Source: Candidatus Hydrogenedentota bacterium
GTDB taxonomy: Bacteria > Hydrogenedentota > Hydrogenedentia > Hydrogenedentales > SLHB01
DNA length: 64,000 bases
NCBI GenBank assembly: GCA_963668025.2
Contig: CAXXTH010000010.1
Coordinates: 704,001 to 768,000 of the forward strand
Direction: 5' to 3'
Shown here: positions 19,431 through 29,692 of the stretch, piece after piece
Numbering within the stretch: position 1 is the stretch's first letter
How the letters are laid out: each line of letters begins with the position of its first letter
The notes under the pieces: generated by a model
Seen by the model: only the letters and a program-made list of their open reading frames with translations
Databases searched by the model: none
What the model was told of the DNA's origin: nothing
Translations under genes and position numbers: made by a program

Positions 19431-21324
19431 GTGTGCCAAGCATGGCGCGGATCTAAGGGGTGTAAGTCCCCTGCAAGCCCTGATGGTGGGAATTGCTAGC
19501 CAAGAGCAAGGGCGTCGCCGCGAGGCGGGGTCTGGAGGAAGCAGGAGGCAAAAGTCGGACTCGACGCACAGAAACCGGATAGAAGGCCGGGGTGGCGGGG
19601 CAAGCCAGCAATGGATGGCGACGCCCAATAACCATTCGGACACACACCTTGGTAAATCCGGCGAGGCCCGGCGGAAAGAGGCGCGTCTTACCTTGGGAGA
19701 CCTGTTCATCTGTCTGGAAGAGCCAGACTAGCGGGATGGCAACATGTCGCGAGGGGTGGGCAGGAGTCAGCCGAGGCCATAATACCCGCAAGGGGAAGGG
19801 CCGAATCGATCATTCAAGGAGCAGCATTGAACGTCTCGTGGGATAGGGAGCGGCAGGAAGTAGCAGGTTGCCAGATGGAGTTCCCACTGGAGTCGGCTTG
19901 CCACGGCGCAATCGGAGAAGGCGGAACCGAATCGGATGCGTTCGAGGCGCGGCAACTATTTCCGGCGGCGAACAAGAGGCGAGCCTTGACGCAAGACTTG
20001 ATGGAACGGGTCGCGAGTCTTGCGAACCTGACGGAAGCGGTACGCCGGGTGCAACGGAACAAAGGCGCGGCGGGTGCGGACGTCATGAGCGTACGCGACC
20101 TGAAGCGTTGGTTTCCGGAACACTGGCGGGGACTGCAAGAGGAACTGACGGCAGGGCGCTACCGTCCCCAACCGGTGTTGGGAGTGCAAATCCCCAAGCC
20201 GGGCGGGGGGATGCGGCAACTGGGCATTCCGACGGTGGTGGACCGAGTCGTGCAACAAGCGCTCTTGCAGGCTCTCGAACCGCTTCTAGACCCGGCCTTC
20301 TCGGAAAGCAGTTATGGATTTCGTCCAAGGCACAATGCACATCAGGCGCTGCGGCAAGCCAGCACGTACGTAAGCGAAGGCCGCTGCATTGTTGTGGACA
20401 TGGACCTGGAAAAATTCTTCGACCGGGTCAACCACGACATCCTGATGGCGCGCGTGGCGCGGCACGTGTCAGACAAACGCGTACTCCGACTCATCCGCTG
20501 GTTTCTTGAAGTGGGCATGATGCAGAACGGCGTATGCATCGAACGATACGAAGGGACCCCGCAAGGCGGTCCTCTATCGCCGCTGCTGGCCAACCTGCTC
20601 TTGGACGACCTGGACAAGGAGTTGGAGAAACGAGGGCATCGTTTTTGCCGCTATGCGGACGACTGCAACATTTACGTGCAGACGATACGCGCGGGAGAAC
20701 GTGTCCTGACATCGGTCACGCAGTTCCTTGAGGGGAAGCTGAAACTACGGGTGAACCGCGAGAAGAGCGCGGTGGCGTTCGTGGGAGAGCGGAAATTTTT
20801 GGGTTATCGCTTGCTGGGTGGGGGGCGATTGGGCATCGCGCCCAAGAGCCTCGACCGGGCGAAAGACCGCATCCGCGACATCACGCGACGCAACCGCGGC
20901 GACGCCAAAGTGCGCCAGATGATTGAGGAGCTCAACAGCTTCCTGAGCGGCTGGATAACCTACTATCGGTTTGCCGAAGCAAAGGGCCATCTGGAACGCC
21001 TCGGGGAATGGATGCGGCGCAAACTGCGCTGCGTCATCCTCAAACGCCTCAAGCGCACGAAAACCATAGCGGACTTCCTTAGAAAACTAGGCGTGCCGCA
21101 ATTTCAGGCATGGATACTCGCAGGGTCCGGGAAGGGCTGGTGGCGCAAAGCGGGGAGTCCTCCCGCGCAACACGCCATGGACAAACAATGGTTCGCGAAA
21201 CAAAAACTGATAGACCCGGTTCAACGGTACGAAACGTTCAAAAATGACCGAAACCGCCGTGGTACCGAGCAGGTATGCCCGGTGGTGTGAGAGGGGGGGA
21301 CCGTGAGGAACCCCCCTACTCGAT
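19431..21324 (+). mobile_element. Group IIC intron, copy 1 (1,894 nt)
   Basis: GTGTG 5' end directly after a terminator; domain V AACCGCCG..CGGTGGT; domain VI ending CTACTCGAT; internal RT ORF. Confidence 0.93.
19827..21290 (+). CDS. ltrA: Group II intron reverse transcriptase/maturase without endonuclease domain (true start may be downstream, e.g. 20001)
   Basis: NKGAAGAD, RQLGIPTVVDR, GTPQGGPLSP, RYADD and GWITYY domain X. Confidence 0.93.
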   Translation: MNVSWDRERQEVAGCQMEFPLESACHGAIGEGGTESDAFEARQLFPAANKRRALTQDLMERVASLANLTEAVRRVQRNKGAAGADVMSVRDLKRWFPEHWRGLQEELTAGRYRPQPVLGVQIPKPGGGMRQLGIPTVVDRVVQQALLQALEPLLDPAFSESSYGFRPRHNAHQALRQASTYVSEGRCIVVDMDLEKFFDRVNHDILMARVARHVSDKRVLRLIRWFLEVGMMQNGVCIERYEGTPQGGPLSPLLANLLLDDLDKELEKRGHRFCRYADDCNIYVQTIRAGERVLTSVTQFLEGKLKLRVNREKSAVAFVGERKFLGYRLLGGGRLGIAPKSLDRAKDRIRDITRRNRGDAKVRQMIEELNSFLSGWITYYRFAEAKGHLERLGEWMRRKLRCVILKRLKRTKTIADFLRKLGVPQFQAWILAGSGKGWWRKAGSPPAQHAMDKQWFAKQKLIDPVQRYETFKNDRNRRGTEQVCPVV

Positions 21325-21326
21325 TG

Positions 21327-22187
21327 TTATGTCCGCCCTCGTAATTCGTGCCGGTATTCATTAGGTGTTTTCCCACAAGCGCGCTTGAAGGCGCTATAGA
21401 ACCGGCTGGCGGAGCCAAAGCCGGAATGAAACGCCACATCCACCACGCGCGTATCGGTAGTGGACAGCAGCAATTGGGCATGCGAGATGCGCTGCTGCAT
21501 GACGTAATCCATGACCGTAACGCCCGTCCGGCTATGAAACAAGGTCATGGTGTAATTGGGATGCAGATCCGCCGCGTGGGCGATTTCCAGCACGGTGAGC
21601 GGCTCTTGGTAATGCTCGGCGATATAGCGCACCATGGCCGCCGTCTTTAAAAAATCGCCATGGTTCCTCACCTCGACATCTGGAACGCTTTCCAGTTCTT
21701 CTGCCTCCATAACATTCATGGCCAAGCGCCATAAACGGGCCTGGAGTTCTAGCATGATGACTTGGCGCAGGCCCGGTTTCCCGCCGCCAAGGTCTTCGGC
21801 CCATTGCTGGATATGCAGCGCGTCGGCGGCCTCCGGCGCGCCACTTTGCTCGAAGAGGATATCCCCGTGCAAAATGCGTTGAATGAAAGGCGCGGGCAAG
21901 CCCCATTGGACGAACCAGGATAAAGGCAGGTTAATGAAGGAGCATGTCGCGCCTTCCGTGGCGTCTAGCCAGCGGTGGGGCAGCGCGCCCCAGAAAACGG
22001 CAAAGCGCCTGCATGGAACTAGTATCCGCTTGCCACCCATAATGCATGTCATCGAGCCGGTATTCGTATAGGCAATCTCGACGTTATTATGGCGGTGTGA
22101 AGATCGCGGATCGAGCTCCGTGTGCTGCTCGATGCCGAAATCGTAGATATCCAGATGATCATCAGGGATCTCACGGATAGTTCGCAT
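21327..22187 (-). CDS. AraC family regulator (MelR-like), paralog 1
   Basis: HRHNNVE cupin, FWGALPH, LHPNY and GFGSASRFY HTH. Confidence 0.9.
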   Translation of the reverse strand: MRTIREIPDDHLDIYDFGIEQHTELDPRSSHRHNNVEIAYTNTGSMTCIMGGKRILVPCRRFAVFWGALPHRWLDATEGATCSFINLPLSWFVQWGLPAPFIQRILHGDILFEQSGAPEAADALHIQQWAEDLGGGKPGLRQVIMLELQARLWRLAMNVMEAEELESVPDVEVRNHGDFLKTAAMVRYIAEHYQEPLTVLEIAHAADLHPNYTMTLFHSRTGVTVMDYVMQQRISHAQLLLSTTDTRVVDVAFHSGFGSASRFYSAFKRACGKTPNEYRHELRGRT

Positions 22188-22300
22188 GCCGATATTTAAG
22201 CTGGAAAACCAGGTTCAGATCAAGGTTTTTGGTGGCAAGGCATTTGCCGCAAGATATGCAAAAACGCAAGAAACATATTTGCTGTATGTGATAGCCCCGT

Positions 22301-24223
22301 TTATCGCGGCGTGGACGCCTCGCCCATGCCGCGTTCTTCTATCTTCACCAGCACATATGCCCCGAAAGAGCATAACACCGGAAAATGGTTTTGGGTGTTG
22401 CGGTAAAGCACGGCGTGGGTCGCGCCGTAGGTATCGGCAAGGCGGCGAAGACGCGCTTCCGGCATGCGCGCATAGGTTTGAGTTTCGTCCACGATGTGGT
22501 CCGGGCGCTCCTCCGGCTCGCCGTAGCAGTCCAGAACGCGGCGGTACCATTCTTCGAGCAGGTCTTCACGGAACGGGAGGGCGTAGGGGTCCGCGATGAC
22601 GGCGCGATTTGCGGCCACGCGCAGCCGGAACAATTCCGCCGGGATAACGAGCAGGGCGTCTTCGGGCGTGTTTTCCCGGACCAGTTCGCCCAGTTGGACC
22701 ACCTCGTCCCGGTCTTCCTCCATGGTGAGGATGGGCTGGTACCGTTCCAATAAGGGCGACAGATACGGAATGTCGTACAACCGGGCGCACGCCAGCAGGG
22801 CAACGCCCAGGAGGAACGCCGCGAACGGAGCCATCCACCGCGCCCGGACATCCGGCATGCGCGCGAACCAGGCGGCCAGCATCAGGTAGGCCGTGAGCGC
22901 GCCCAGTTCTTCCTTGTGCGCGCCGTACAGCGCCACGGCGGCCATGACGGCGAATGCGCCCCACCACAGCCGCGCCCAGCGCCGCTGGGCATCGGCTTCC
23001 ATACGGTCATGGACGGCGAAGGCGATACAACCCGCCATCATCTCGATGGGCTGCCATGCGCCCGTGCCTATGAGCAGCATCCCCGCCACGGCGGGGCCGC
23101 CTTCCCGCCAGGGACGTTCGAGCGCCCGCGCGGCGGCTCCCGCCAGCAAAAGCATGCTGAACCACTTGATGATATACAGCAGCCGGTACACGGTGCCTAA
23201 AATGAAGAGGCGCGTGGGGATGAGTTCCACAAAGACATACCCCCCTGCGCACAAGATGAAAATGAGCGCGGCGAGTATGAGCATGCGCCAGGCATATGGG
23301 CGCTGGCTGGGCATATCCGCATGCCAGCGGAGCCACAGCAAGGCGGAGCCAAGCATGGCGCACACGAAGAGCAGCCAGGGCCCGAGTCCGAAATGGCTTG
23401 GCAGCAGGTGATGGGGCATCCGGAATTGGGCATAGATCTCGAACAGGCGTTCGGTGCTGAGGAACGGCTTGCCGGATAAGCCCCACATGAATACGCCCGC
23501 CGCGATGAGGATGCCTCCGGCCAGCGCAGCACGCAGCACGGGGCCGTGCGTATCCCAGCGCCAGTGGAAGGGATGGCGGCGGATGCCCGCGAGCGCGTGG
23601 ATGCCCGGTGCAGCGATGCCCAGAAGCCCCGCTTGCAGGCTCATGGGATGGATGAACGACGCGGCGAGGGCGATGGCGCAACAGGTGAGCGGGCGGCCCA
23701 TCAAGCCCATGCCGATAGCGAGGAGTGTCCAGGGAATGGCCACGGCGGAGGTATAGAGATAGCGGATTTGGAGCAAGGAGTATAGTCCCAGGCTGAATCC
23801 GCCCACGGGCAGCATCAGCGCACACGCGAGCATGGAGGCCACACGGTTCTGTCCAAAAAGGTGGTATGCCATTCCGTAGGTGGCCAAGGCCATCGCCCAC
23901 AGCGTGCCCCATGTCAGCAGGAAGATAATCATCGGAAGCGGCATCACATAGGTGAGGAAAGCAAGCGTGCGGACATAGTAATATCTGGCCCCGAAACCGG
24001 AAATGGCGTTGGTGAAGAAATCGCGGGAGAGATACGCGGGGTCCAGAATGCGGTTCACCGCGCACAGAATATCGACCTGGCCATCCGTGCCATACCGGTA
24101 GCGAAACACCAGCAACTGGATCGCCGCCACCATGGCCGTGAACAGAAGCGCCTCGCCCCAGTGAGCGTCATGGTGCGCCAAGGCGGAGCGGTTCTTTTTC
24201 GGCTGCGCGTCCACCACTATCAT
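22301..24223 (-). CDS. Polytopic membrane protein, possible GT-C-like glycan modifier (DUF6798-like C-terminus)
   Basis: More than 12 transmembrane segments; DPAYLSRDFF, RMPHH, EWYRR; ATGA overlap with upstream gene. Confidence 0.6.
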   Translation of the reverse strand: MIVVDAQPKKNRSALAHHDAHWGEALLFTAMVAAIQLLVFRYRYGTDGQVDILCAVNRILDPAYLSRDFFTNAISGFGARYYYVRTLAFLTYVMPLPMIIFLLTWGTLWAMALATYGMAYHLFGQNRVASMLACALMLPVGGFSLGLYSLLQIRYLYTSAVAIPWTLLAIGMGLMGRPLTCCAIALAASFIHPMSLQAGLLGIAAPGIHALAGIRRHPFHWRWDTHGPVLRAALAGGILIAAGVFMWGLSGKPFLSTERLFEIYAQFRMPHHLLPSHFGLGPWLLFVCAMLGSALLWLRWHADMPSQRPYAWRMLILAALIFILCAGGYVFVELIPTRLFILGTVYRLLYIIKWFSMLLLAGAAARALERPWREGGPAVAGMLLIGTGAWQPIEMMAGCIAFAVHDRMEADAQRRWARLWWGAFAVMAAVALYGAHKEELGALTAYLMLAAWFARMPDVRARWMAPFAAFLLGVALLACARLYDIPYLSPLLERYQPILTMEEDRDEVVQLGELVRENTPEDALLVIPAELFRLRVAANRAVIADPYALPFREDLLEEWYRRVLDCYGEPEERPDHIVDETQTYARMPEARLRRLADTYGATHAVLYRNTQNHFPVLCSFGAYVLVKIEERGMGEASTPR

Positions 24224-24777
24224 TTGCTCCCTGGTGTTTCGCCGGATTCTCCATCCGCCGCCTTCTTCGATACCGTGCCATCCGCGTTTAGCACTTCCAG
24301 CTCGACCAGATCCCAACGATCTTTAGTGACGTAGTTTAATACAACTCGATAAGTACGTTTTTCTTGCTGGCCATCCGGCATGACGACATCAATGAAGCCC
24401 ACAAAGAGAAAAAGATCGCCTTTCACTTCGTGGACGTTGCCCCGCCAATAAATAGTATCGACGCCCGCCGGTTCGAGATGCTGCTGCACATAACGGCGGG
24501 CGGCGTCATAAGCCAGCAGGCGCGCTTCCTCGCTCTTCCGCCAGTCTTTCTCCTCTTTGGGCGTGGCGGAAGCGGGAGCGGGCGCGCTTGGGGGCGGCTC
24601 CAGCTTTGTGCAATGAGATAATTGCATCGCTGTAAAAAGCGCCCCAACGGCCAATAGCACCGCCAGCACCACCGCCGCGCGCTTCAATTGGTCTATCCGG
24701 TATTCCGGGCCGGGCGGAACAGGCATGCGCACTACGAAACTCCCTTCCAGGCGTGCCGCCACGCTTTCAACGTCCAT
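24220..24777 (-). CDS. Hypothetical single-pass membrane protein
   Basis: One transmembrane helix, Pro/Ala linker, small globular domain; start uncertain. Confidence 0.55.
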   Translation of the reverse strand: MDVESVAARLEGSFVVRMPVPPGPEYRIDQLKRAAVVLAVLLAVGALFTAMQLSHCTKLEPPPSAPAPASATPKEEKDWRKSEEARLLAYDAARRYVQQHLEPAGVDTIYWRGNVHEVKGDLFLFVGFIDVVMPDGQQEKRTYRVVLNYVTKDRWDLVELEVLNADGTVSKKAADGESGETPGSK

Positions 24778-26312
24778 AAGCGCATCGGGCACAGCAGCAA
24801 CGCCGCCACTCCTAAAGCAATCAACGCCGTCAATCCCAATAGCATATAACGCCCAGCAATTTCATCCAACTGAAAAGGCATCGCCGCCAGCCCATACCGG
24901 CATCCTGCCACGACGCACCAGACTATTCCCACGCCCAGCAACGCCCGGCCGCCTATTCCCAGCGCATGCCCGCCCAGGCGCATGGGGGCGTGGGCGTGGA
25001 GCATGCGCAGAACCGCCACGCATGCAAGCGTTGCCCCCACGCCAAACGATAGCGCGAAAGCCATCGAAACGCCAAGCTGGCGGTATCGGGGCACGAGAAG
25101 CAGGCATAAGCCAAAATTCGCCAGCACGCGCACGGCGACGATGCTAAAGAACACCCAATGCCGCTTGAGTGCGAATAGGCAGCGCGAGGCGAGGGCTTCG
25201 ATAGACCAGGGTATAATGGCCAAGCCATGGCCCAACAGGCATAAGGCAGTGGCTTGGGTCGCGCTGGATTCAAAGAACCGCCGTTCAAGCAGCGCTTGCA
25301 CCACATCATAACGGGAAAGCACCACCCACGCGCTTATCGGAGCTAAGAAAAGCAGCAAGACGCGCAACATGCCCAGAAACGCGCCTTTCAGTTCATCCAA
25401 ATGGTGTTCTGATGAGAGAGCCGAAGCGAACGGCAGCACGCTGCTGAACAGTATCAATTCGATGACCGCCACGGGGGCTTGGGCGATGTTGTAACTATAA
25501 TTCAGCCAGCTTATGGCCCCGCTGCCCACATAAGAGGCCATGCGCATCATCACGAAAAGATTGATCTGCTGCAAGCAATTAAGCGCCACCAACGGGGCCA
25601 CCAGCGCCGCCGCTTGGCGGGCGTGGGGATTGTTCCAACTGGGCGCGGACAAGGGCATGGTCCGGCGCAACGGAAAAGCCTGAATAGCGCATAACGCCAC
25701 GAACGCCGCGGGCAGCGCCGCCGTGATGGGCCATACGCCCCATTCGCGCGGGGCGAATAGCAGCGCCAGCGCCAGCATCACGTACATCACCAGCCCATCA
25801 AGCGCCGCCAGCACATAACGACCTTCCGATGCATTCATGGCCTTGAGGAATGACACGGGAACCGACAGCACGACCGCCATGCCCGCGAGCTGGGCCAGGC
25901 GCGACGCCAAGGCATGGGCCGATGCGTCCGCGCCGGGGGCGAGGATCGAGATGATCAGCCCAGAGCGCAAGATCAACACCGCGCCTACTACTGCTCCCGC
26001 GCCGATGGACGCTAGGAACACCGCTGACAAGAAGCCGCGAAATGCCGGGCTGGCGGATTGGCGGCGGCGGTATAACGGCACAAGGGCGTTATACAAAATG
26101 CTGTCGGCGATAAGATACGCCCCAATGGCCGCACTTTTCGACAGCAGATAGGCGTCCGTATCGCCCGAGGCCCCGAAGTTGCGCGCCAGCAAGACCGCCG
26201 ATACCACCTGGAGCCCTTTGGTGGCGACGCCGATACCAGCGATCAGCAACATAGGGCGCAGTAGAACGGCATACCATGGCCGCGATTCCGTATGCGGGAC
26301 GCTAGAACTCAT
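24732..26312 (-). CDS. MurJ/MviN-like lipid-linked glycan flippase
   Basis: FGASGDTDAY, GAISWLNYS, ERRFFE..T..TA, RCLFAL motifs. Confidence 0.75.
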   Translation of the reverse strand: MSSSVPHTESRPWYAVLLRPMLLIAGIGVATKGLQVVSAVLLARNFGASGDTDAYLLSKSAAIGAYLIADSILYNALVPLYRRRQSASPAFRGFLSAVFLASIGAGAVVGAVLILRSGLIISILAPGADASAHALASRLAQLAGMAVVLSVPVSFLKAMNASEGRYVLAALDGLVMYVMLALALLFAPREWGVWPITAALPAAFVALCAIQAFPLRRTMPLSAPSWNNPHARQAAALVAPLVALNCLQQINLFVMMRMASYVGSGAISWLNYSYNIAQAPVAVIELILFSSVLPFASALSSEHHLDELKGAFLGMLRVLLLFLAPISAWVVLSRYDVVQALLERRFFESSATQATALCLLGHGLAIIPWSIEALASRCLFALKRHWVFFSIVAVRVLANFGLCLLLVPRYRQLGVSMAFALSFGVGATLACVAVLRMLHAHAPMRLGGHALGIGGRALLGVGIVWCVVAGCRYGLAAMPFQLDEIAGRYMLLGLTALIALGVAALLLCPMRLWTLKAWRHAWKGVS

Positions 26313-26325
26313 ATGTTTCCTTTAG

Positions 26326-26633
26326 AACCGCGAAATACATGAAACACCCTAAAATTCCGTAGGGTGGGGCTTGCCCCACCATTCAAGGTGGTGCGCCCCT
26401 ACAACGGCACATGAAAGAACGCATACCGAAACTATTAGTATGATTTGAGTTATATGCCAAATCTTCGCAAGAAATCAGCGTTTTGCTTGAATCTTACTCA
26501 TCACATGGGCGAGACGCCCATGCTACGGGAGTAAAAACACAGGGAAAAATTTATTGGCGTTCATTCGCGTCCATTCGCGGTTTAAAAGCTGACCGTTTGG
26601 TTTCGGCCATGCCGCGTTAGGTATTTCGTGGTC
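26326..26633. repeat. Composite nested palindromic repeat region
   Basis: 9-nt periodic arm (26326-26354), GTAG-REP (26359-26380), CGTAG-REP (26504-26527), 10-nt periodic arm (26553-26583), TGGTTTCGGC..GCCGCGTTAGG end. Confidence 0.75.
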
Positions 26634-28008
26634 GGAAATTTTCATTTTCTTCTTCCAATCCGAGGGCATAGCCCGAAAGCCAATACAGCGGCCCTGCGAT
26701 TACCGTGATAATGCAACACGAAGCCGCCATGCCTTGCACGGCCATGCCGCCCAGCCCCGCCAGCGCGCCCGCGCATAATACCCCTCGCAGGCTGTCCCAT
26801 GCCGCGCCATGGCGGAGGGCGCGCCCGAGGCAAGCCCACCATGCCGCGAAAGCGGCAAGGCCCATGGCTCCGCATTCCGCCAGCAAGAACACATACTGAT
26901 TATCATAATACGAACGGTGCCGCGCGCCAAGGCCCAGCCCGAGCAGGGGAAATTGCCCGAGCGTGGACAGTCCGGCCTTCCAAGCCAGTAGGCGATCAAA
27001 CAGGCTGCCTCCGGGCATGCTGGCGCGATGCCAAGGTTCGCCAGATACGTGGATGGCGGCCGCCAAAGCCGCAAGCGCCGCCAGCAGCCAAAGACGCGGC
27101 CAGCGTATCAGCGCCAGGCAGGCCAGCGCCGCGCCCAGCGCAACCACTCCCTCGCGGCTGTGTGTGCCCGCCAGGCCTAGGATGGACAATACCACCGTGG
27201 CGATTCCCAGCGCGCGCCAGCGCGGCAGGGCCGCCAGCGCCAATCCCATGGCTGATGCCAGCACGAATACGCCCGCGAAGTGGTTCGCCTGCCCGTCGAA
27301 CCAGCCCCGCTCAAACGTGCGATAGGCAAAGGTCTCCGCATGCATATAGGGATTATGCTGTTCGGCCAGCCCATATGCGCCCGCCGCGATGATCGGCAAA
27401 ACAAACGCATATACGCCCCATCGGCCCAGCCGGGGTGCAAAGGCATACGCGGCGGCGAATAGAATCGCCAAATGAAGCAGTTGCCCCAGATACAGCCCCG
27501 CAAGCCCTACGGAGGGCAAGGTGTCTTGCAACAGGCCCGCTGTCACACTCGCGGCGCATGCACATAAAAACAACGCCTGCCAGGCCAGCAGCGGCGTATC
27601 GCGCGGGAGCAGGCGCTTCGTGAGGGCCGCGTGGAGCAGCAGCCCCAACACCAGGCATTGGTCCAGCCGCACGAAGACGTTTTCCCCGCTCCAACCGAAT
27701 ACTTCGATGCGTGGCGACCAGAGCAACGCCGCAGGCAGCAGCGCTACGCCGAGGATGGGATACGCCGCAGCCAATAACACCGCCGCCGCACAGGCGGGAT
27801 AGAGCGGCAAGGCCAGCATGAGCAGGACCACGCCGGTTAAGCCCAAAGCTTGAAGAACGCCTGTATGAGCATGGAGTGTTTTCAAACACCATGCGTTTGG
27901 CGCGGCTTGTATGGAGGATGGCGGCCACAGCCACCAGCCCGCCAGCACGGAACCTTGTATGAGGCGTCCGGCTAAGCCAGCCGCACGGCTGCCCTCGAAA
28001 ACGTTCAT
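26617..28008 (-). CDS. O-antigen ligase family protein
   Basis: GQANHFAG, THSREG, PLLGLGLG and DNQY...LAECG motifs. Confidence 0.75.
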   Translation of the reverse strand: MNVFEGSRAAGLAGRLIQGSVLAGWWLWPPSSIQAAPNAWCLKTLHAHTGVLQALGLTGVVLLMLALPLYPACAAAVLLAAAYPILGVALLPAALLWSPRIEVFGWSGENVFVRLDQCLVLGLLLHAALTKRLLPRDTPLLAWQALFLCACAASVTAGLLQDTLPSVGLAGLYLGQLLHLAILFAAAYAFAPRLGRWGVYAFVLPIIAAGAYGLAEQHNPYMHAETFAYRTFERGWFDGQANHFAGVFVLASAMGLALAALPRWRALGIATVVLSILGLAGTHSREGVVALGAALACLALIRWPRLWLLAALAALAAAIHVSGEPWHRASMPGGSLFDRLLAWKAGLSTLGQFPLLGLGLGARHRSYYDNQYVFLLAECGAMGLAAFAAWWACLGRALRHGAAWDSLRGVLCAGALAGLGGMAVQGMAASCCIITVIAGPLYWLSGYALGLEEENENFRPRNT

Positions 28009-28466
28009 GGCGCATCCGCCGCCGGCCCGGATACGCGGGTGACCCACCCTTGGAAAGCGAAGGCATCGGTCTCCACCACGATCACCAAGCCGGGCACGAG
28101 CAGCCGGTCCTGATAGACTAGCCTCCCCTGTCCATCCACCAAGGCCGACACGCGCACGGATAGGATGAGATGATCCGGCGCGGGCCGCACGCCGAGTATT
28201 TCCAGAATAGCCTCGCCCGAACGGGCGTCCACCTGGTGAATTCCAGGCCGGATAATATCCGCCATCCACAAGCGGTCCTCCGGCAGGCGCATCTCGACAT
28301 TCACCCAATGGCGCGACGCATTCGTGCGGTACGGCTGGGCGATGCGATACGGCTTGGTGAGCCGCACATACGCCGTGGCCGCCACGGCGCACAGCAGCAG
28401 CGCCACGAGCAGATCAATCACATTGATCCATCCGGCAATTCTGCTTTTTTCATCCAGCATGCGCAT
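28005..28466 (-). CDS. DUF4330-like protein
   Basis: LDEKSRIAGWINVIDL plus one transmembrane helix at the N-terminus. Confidence 0.6.
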   Translation of the reverse strand: MRMLDEKSRIAGWINVIDLLVALLLCAVAATAYVRLTKPYRIAQPYRTNASRHWVNVEMRLPEDRLWMADIIRPGIHQVDARSGEAILEILGVRPAPDHLILSVRVSALVDGQGRLVYQDRLLVPGLVIVVETDAFAFQGWVTRVSGPAADAP

Positions 28467-28642
28467 GACCCAGCATGAACCCCTACAATCGGCATGGGAA
28501 AAGTGTACGAGCCGCAAATGAAGCCGTACCCAATCCTAAAGAATAATTCCGTTGTTTTTAGGATAGTATGTCCAGCGCCGACAAACAAGCGCGCCCGAAC
28601 ATCAAGGGATTTGGTATGGCCTATTTGAAACAAGATAAAGAA

Positions 28643-28714
28643 CGTAGCATGGGCGTCTCGCCCATGACGCACGCGGTAGAGCCTACGCTTCATGGGCGAG
28701 ACGCCCATGCTACG
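28643..28714. repeat. GTAG-type REP doublet (REPIN-like)
   Basis: CGTAGCATGGGCGTCTCGCCCATG and its exact reverse complement. Confidence 0.85.
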
Positions 28715-28754
28715 GGAAGGGAAGATATAACTATTCCATAGCCGCTCGCTTGGT

Positions 28755-29615
28755 TTACGCGCGGCCCCGGAGTTCGCGGCGGTATTCATTGGGTGTTTTG
28801 CCGCAGGTGCGCTTGAAGGCGCTATAGAAGCGGCTGGCGGAGCCAAACCCGGCATGGAACGCGACATCGACCACGCGTGTGTCGGTAGTGGCCAGCAATA
28901 ATTGGGCGTGCGAGATGCGCTGGTAGGAGACGTAATCCATGACGGTGAGGCCGGTGCGGCTGTGGAACAAGGTCATGGCGTAATTGGGGTGCAGGCCCGC
29001 CGAGTGGGCGATATCCTGGACGGTGAGCGGCTCTTGGTAATGTTCGGCGATGTAGCGGACCATGGCCGCGGCTTTGGGGAAATCGCCCTGTTCGCGCGCT
29101 TCCCGCAGCGTCTCGCTGGCTTGTTTTTTTTCGCGGGCGATAGTCAAGGCCAAGCGCCACAGCCGCGCCTGGAGCTCGAGCATGATGACCTGGCGCAGGC
29201 TTGCATCATCGCTGTTCAGGTCATCGGTCCACTGTTTGGTGAGCAGATTATCGGCGTCTTCCCGTCCCGTGGTGTGTTCGAAAAGGACATCGCCCCGCAG
29301 AATCCGCTGGATAAAGGATGCGGGCAATCCCCAGTGGATAAACCAGGAAAGAGGCAAATCGATGAAAGTGCGGGTCGAACCTTCCTCGACATCCACCCAG
29401 CGGTGGGGCCGTGCGCCCCAGAATACGGCGAGACGCCTGCTCGGGACAGGTATGCGCTCTCCGCCGACAATGCACGTCATCGAGCCGCGATCGGTGTATG
29501 CGATCTCGACGTTGTTATGGCGATGCGAGGATGGCGGTTCGATCTCCGTGCATTGCCGAATGCTGAAATCGTATATATCCAGCCGATCATCAGGCACTTC
29601 GAAAGTCGTTCGCAT
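28755..29615 (-). CDS. AraC family regulator (MelR-like), paralog 2
   Basis: Same length (286 aa) and highly similar to 21327-22187. Confidence 0.9.
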   Translation of the reverse strand: MRTTFEVPDDRLDIYDFSIRQCTEIEPPSSHRHNNVEIAYTDRGSMTCIVGGERIPVPSRRLAVFWGARPHRWVDVEEGSTRTFIDLPLSWFIHWGLPASFIQRILRGDVLFEHTTGREDADNLLTKQWTDDLNSDDASLRQVIMLELQARLWRLALTIAREKKQASETLREAREQGDFPKAAAMVRYIAEHYQEPLTVQDIAHSAGLHPNYAMTLFHSRTGLTVMDYVSYQRISHAQLLLATTDTRVVDVAFHAGFGSASRFYSAFKRTCGKTPNEYRRELRGRA

Positions 29616-29692
29616 ACTTCTATTTATACCAAAATTATCATTATTTTCTCAAGTCCGTTAATAAAGAATCGACTTCAAGGGCCTGTATATGC

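Noticed and set aside
19278-19846. Small ORFs repeated at both intron copies
   Set aside because: They overlap ribozyme domains I-III and recur only because the intron is duplicated
19827-21290. RT as retron, DGR or defence RT
   Set aside because: It is flanked by group II intron boundaries with domains V and VI and has a maturase domain X
26596-26622. Integron attC site (GTTAGGT core, ligase stop inside ACCTAAC)
   Set aside because: No matching partner core at a plausible distance, no cassette array and no intI
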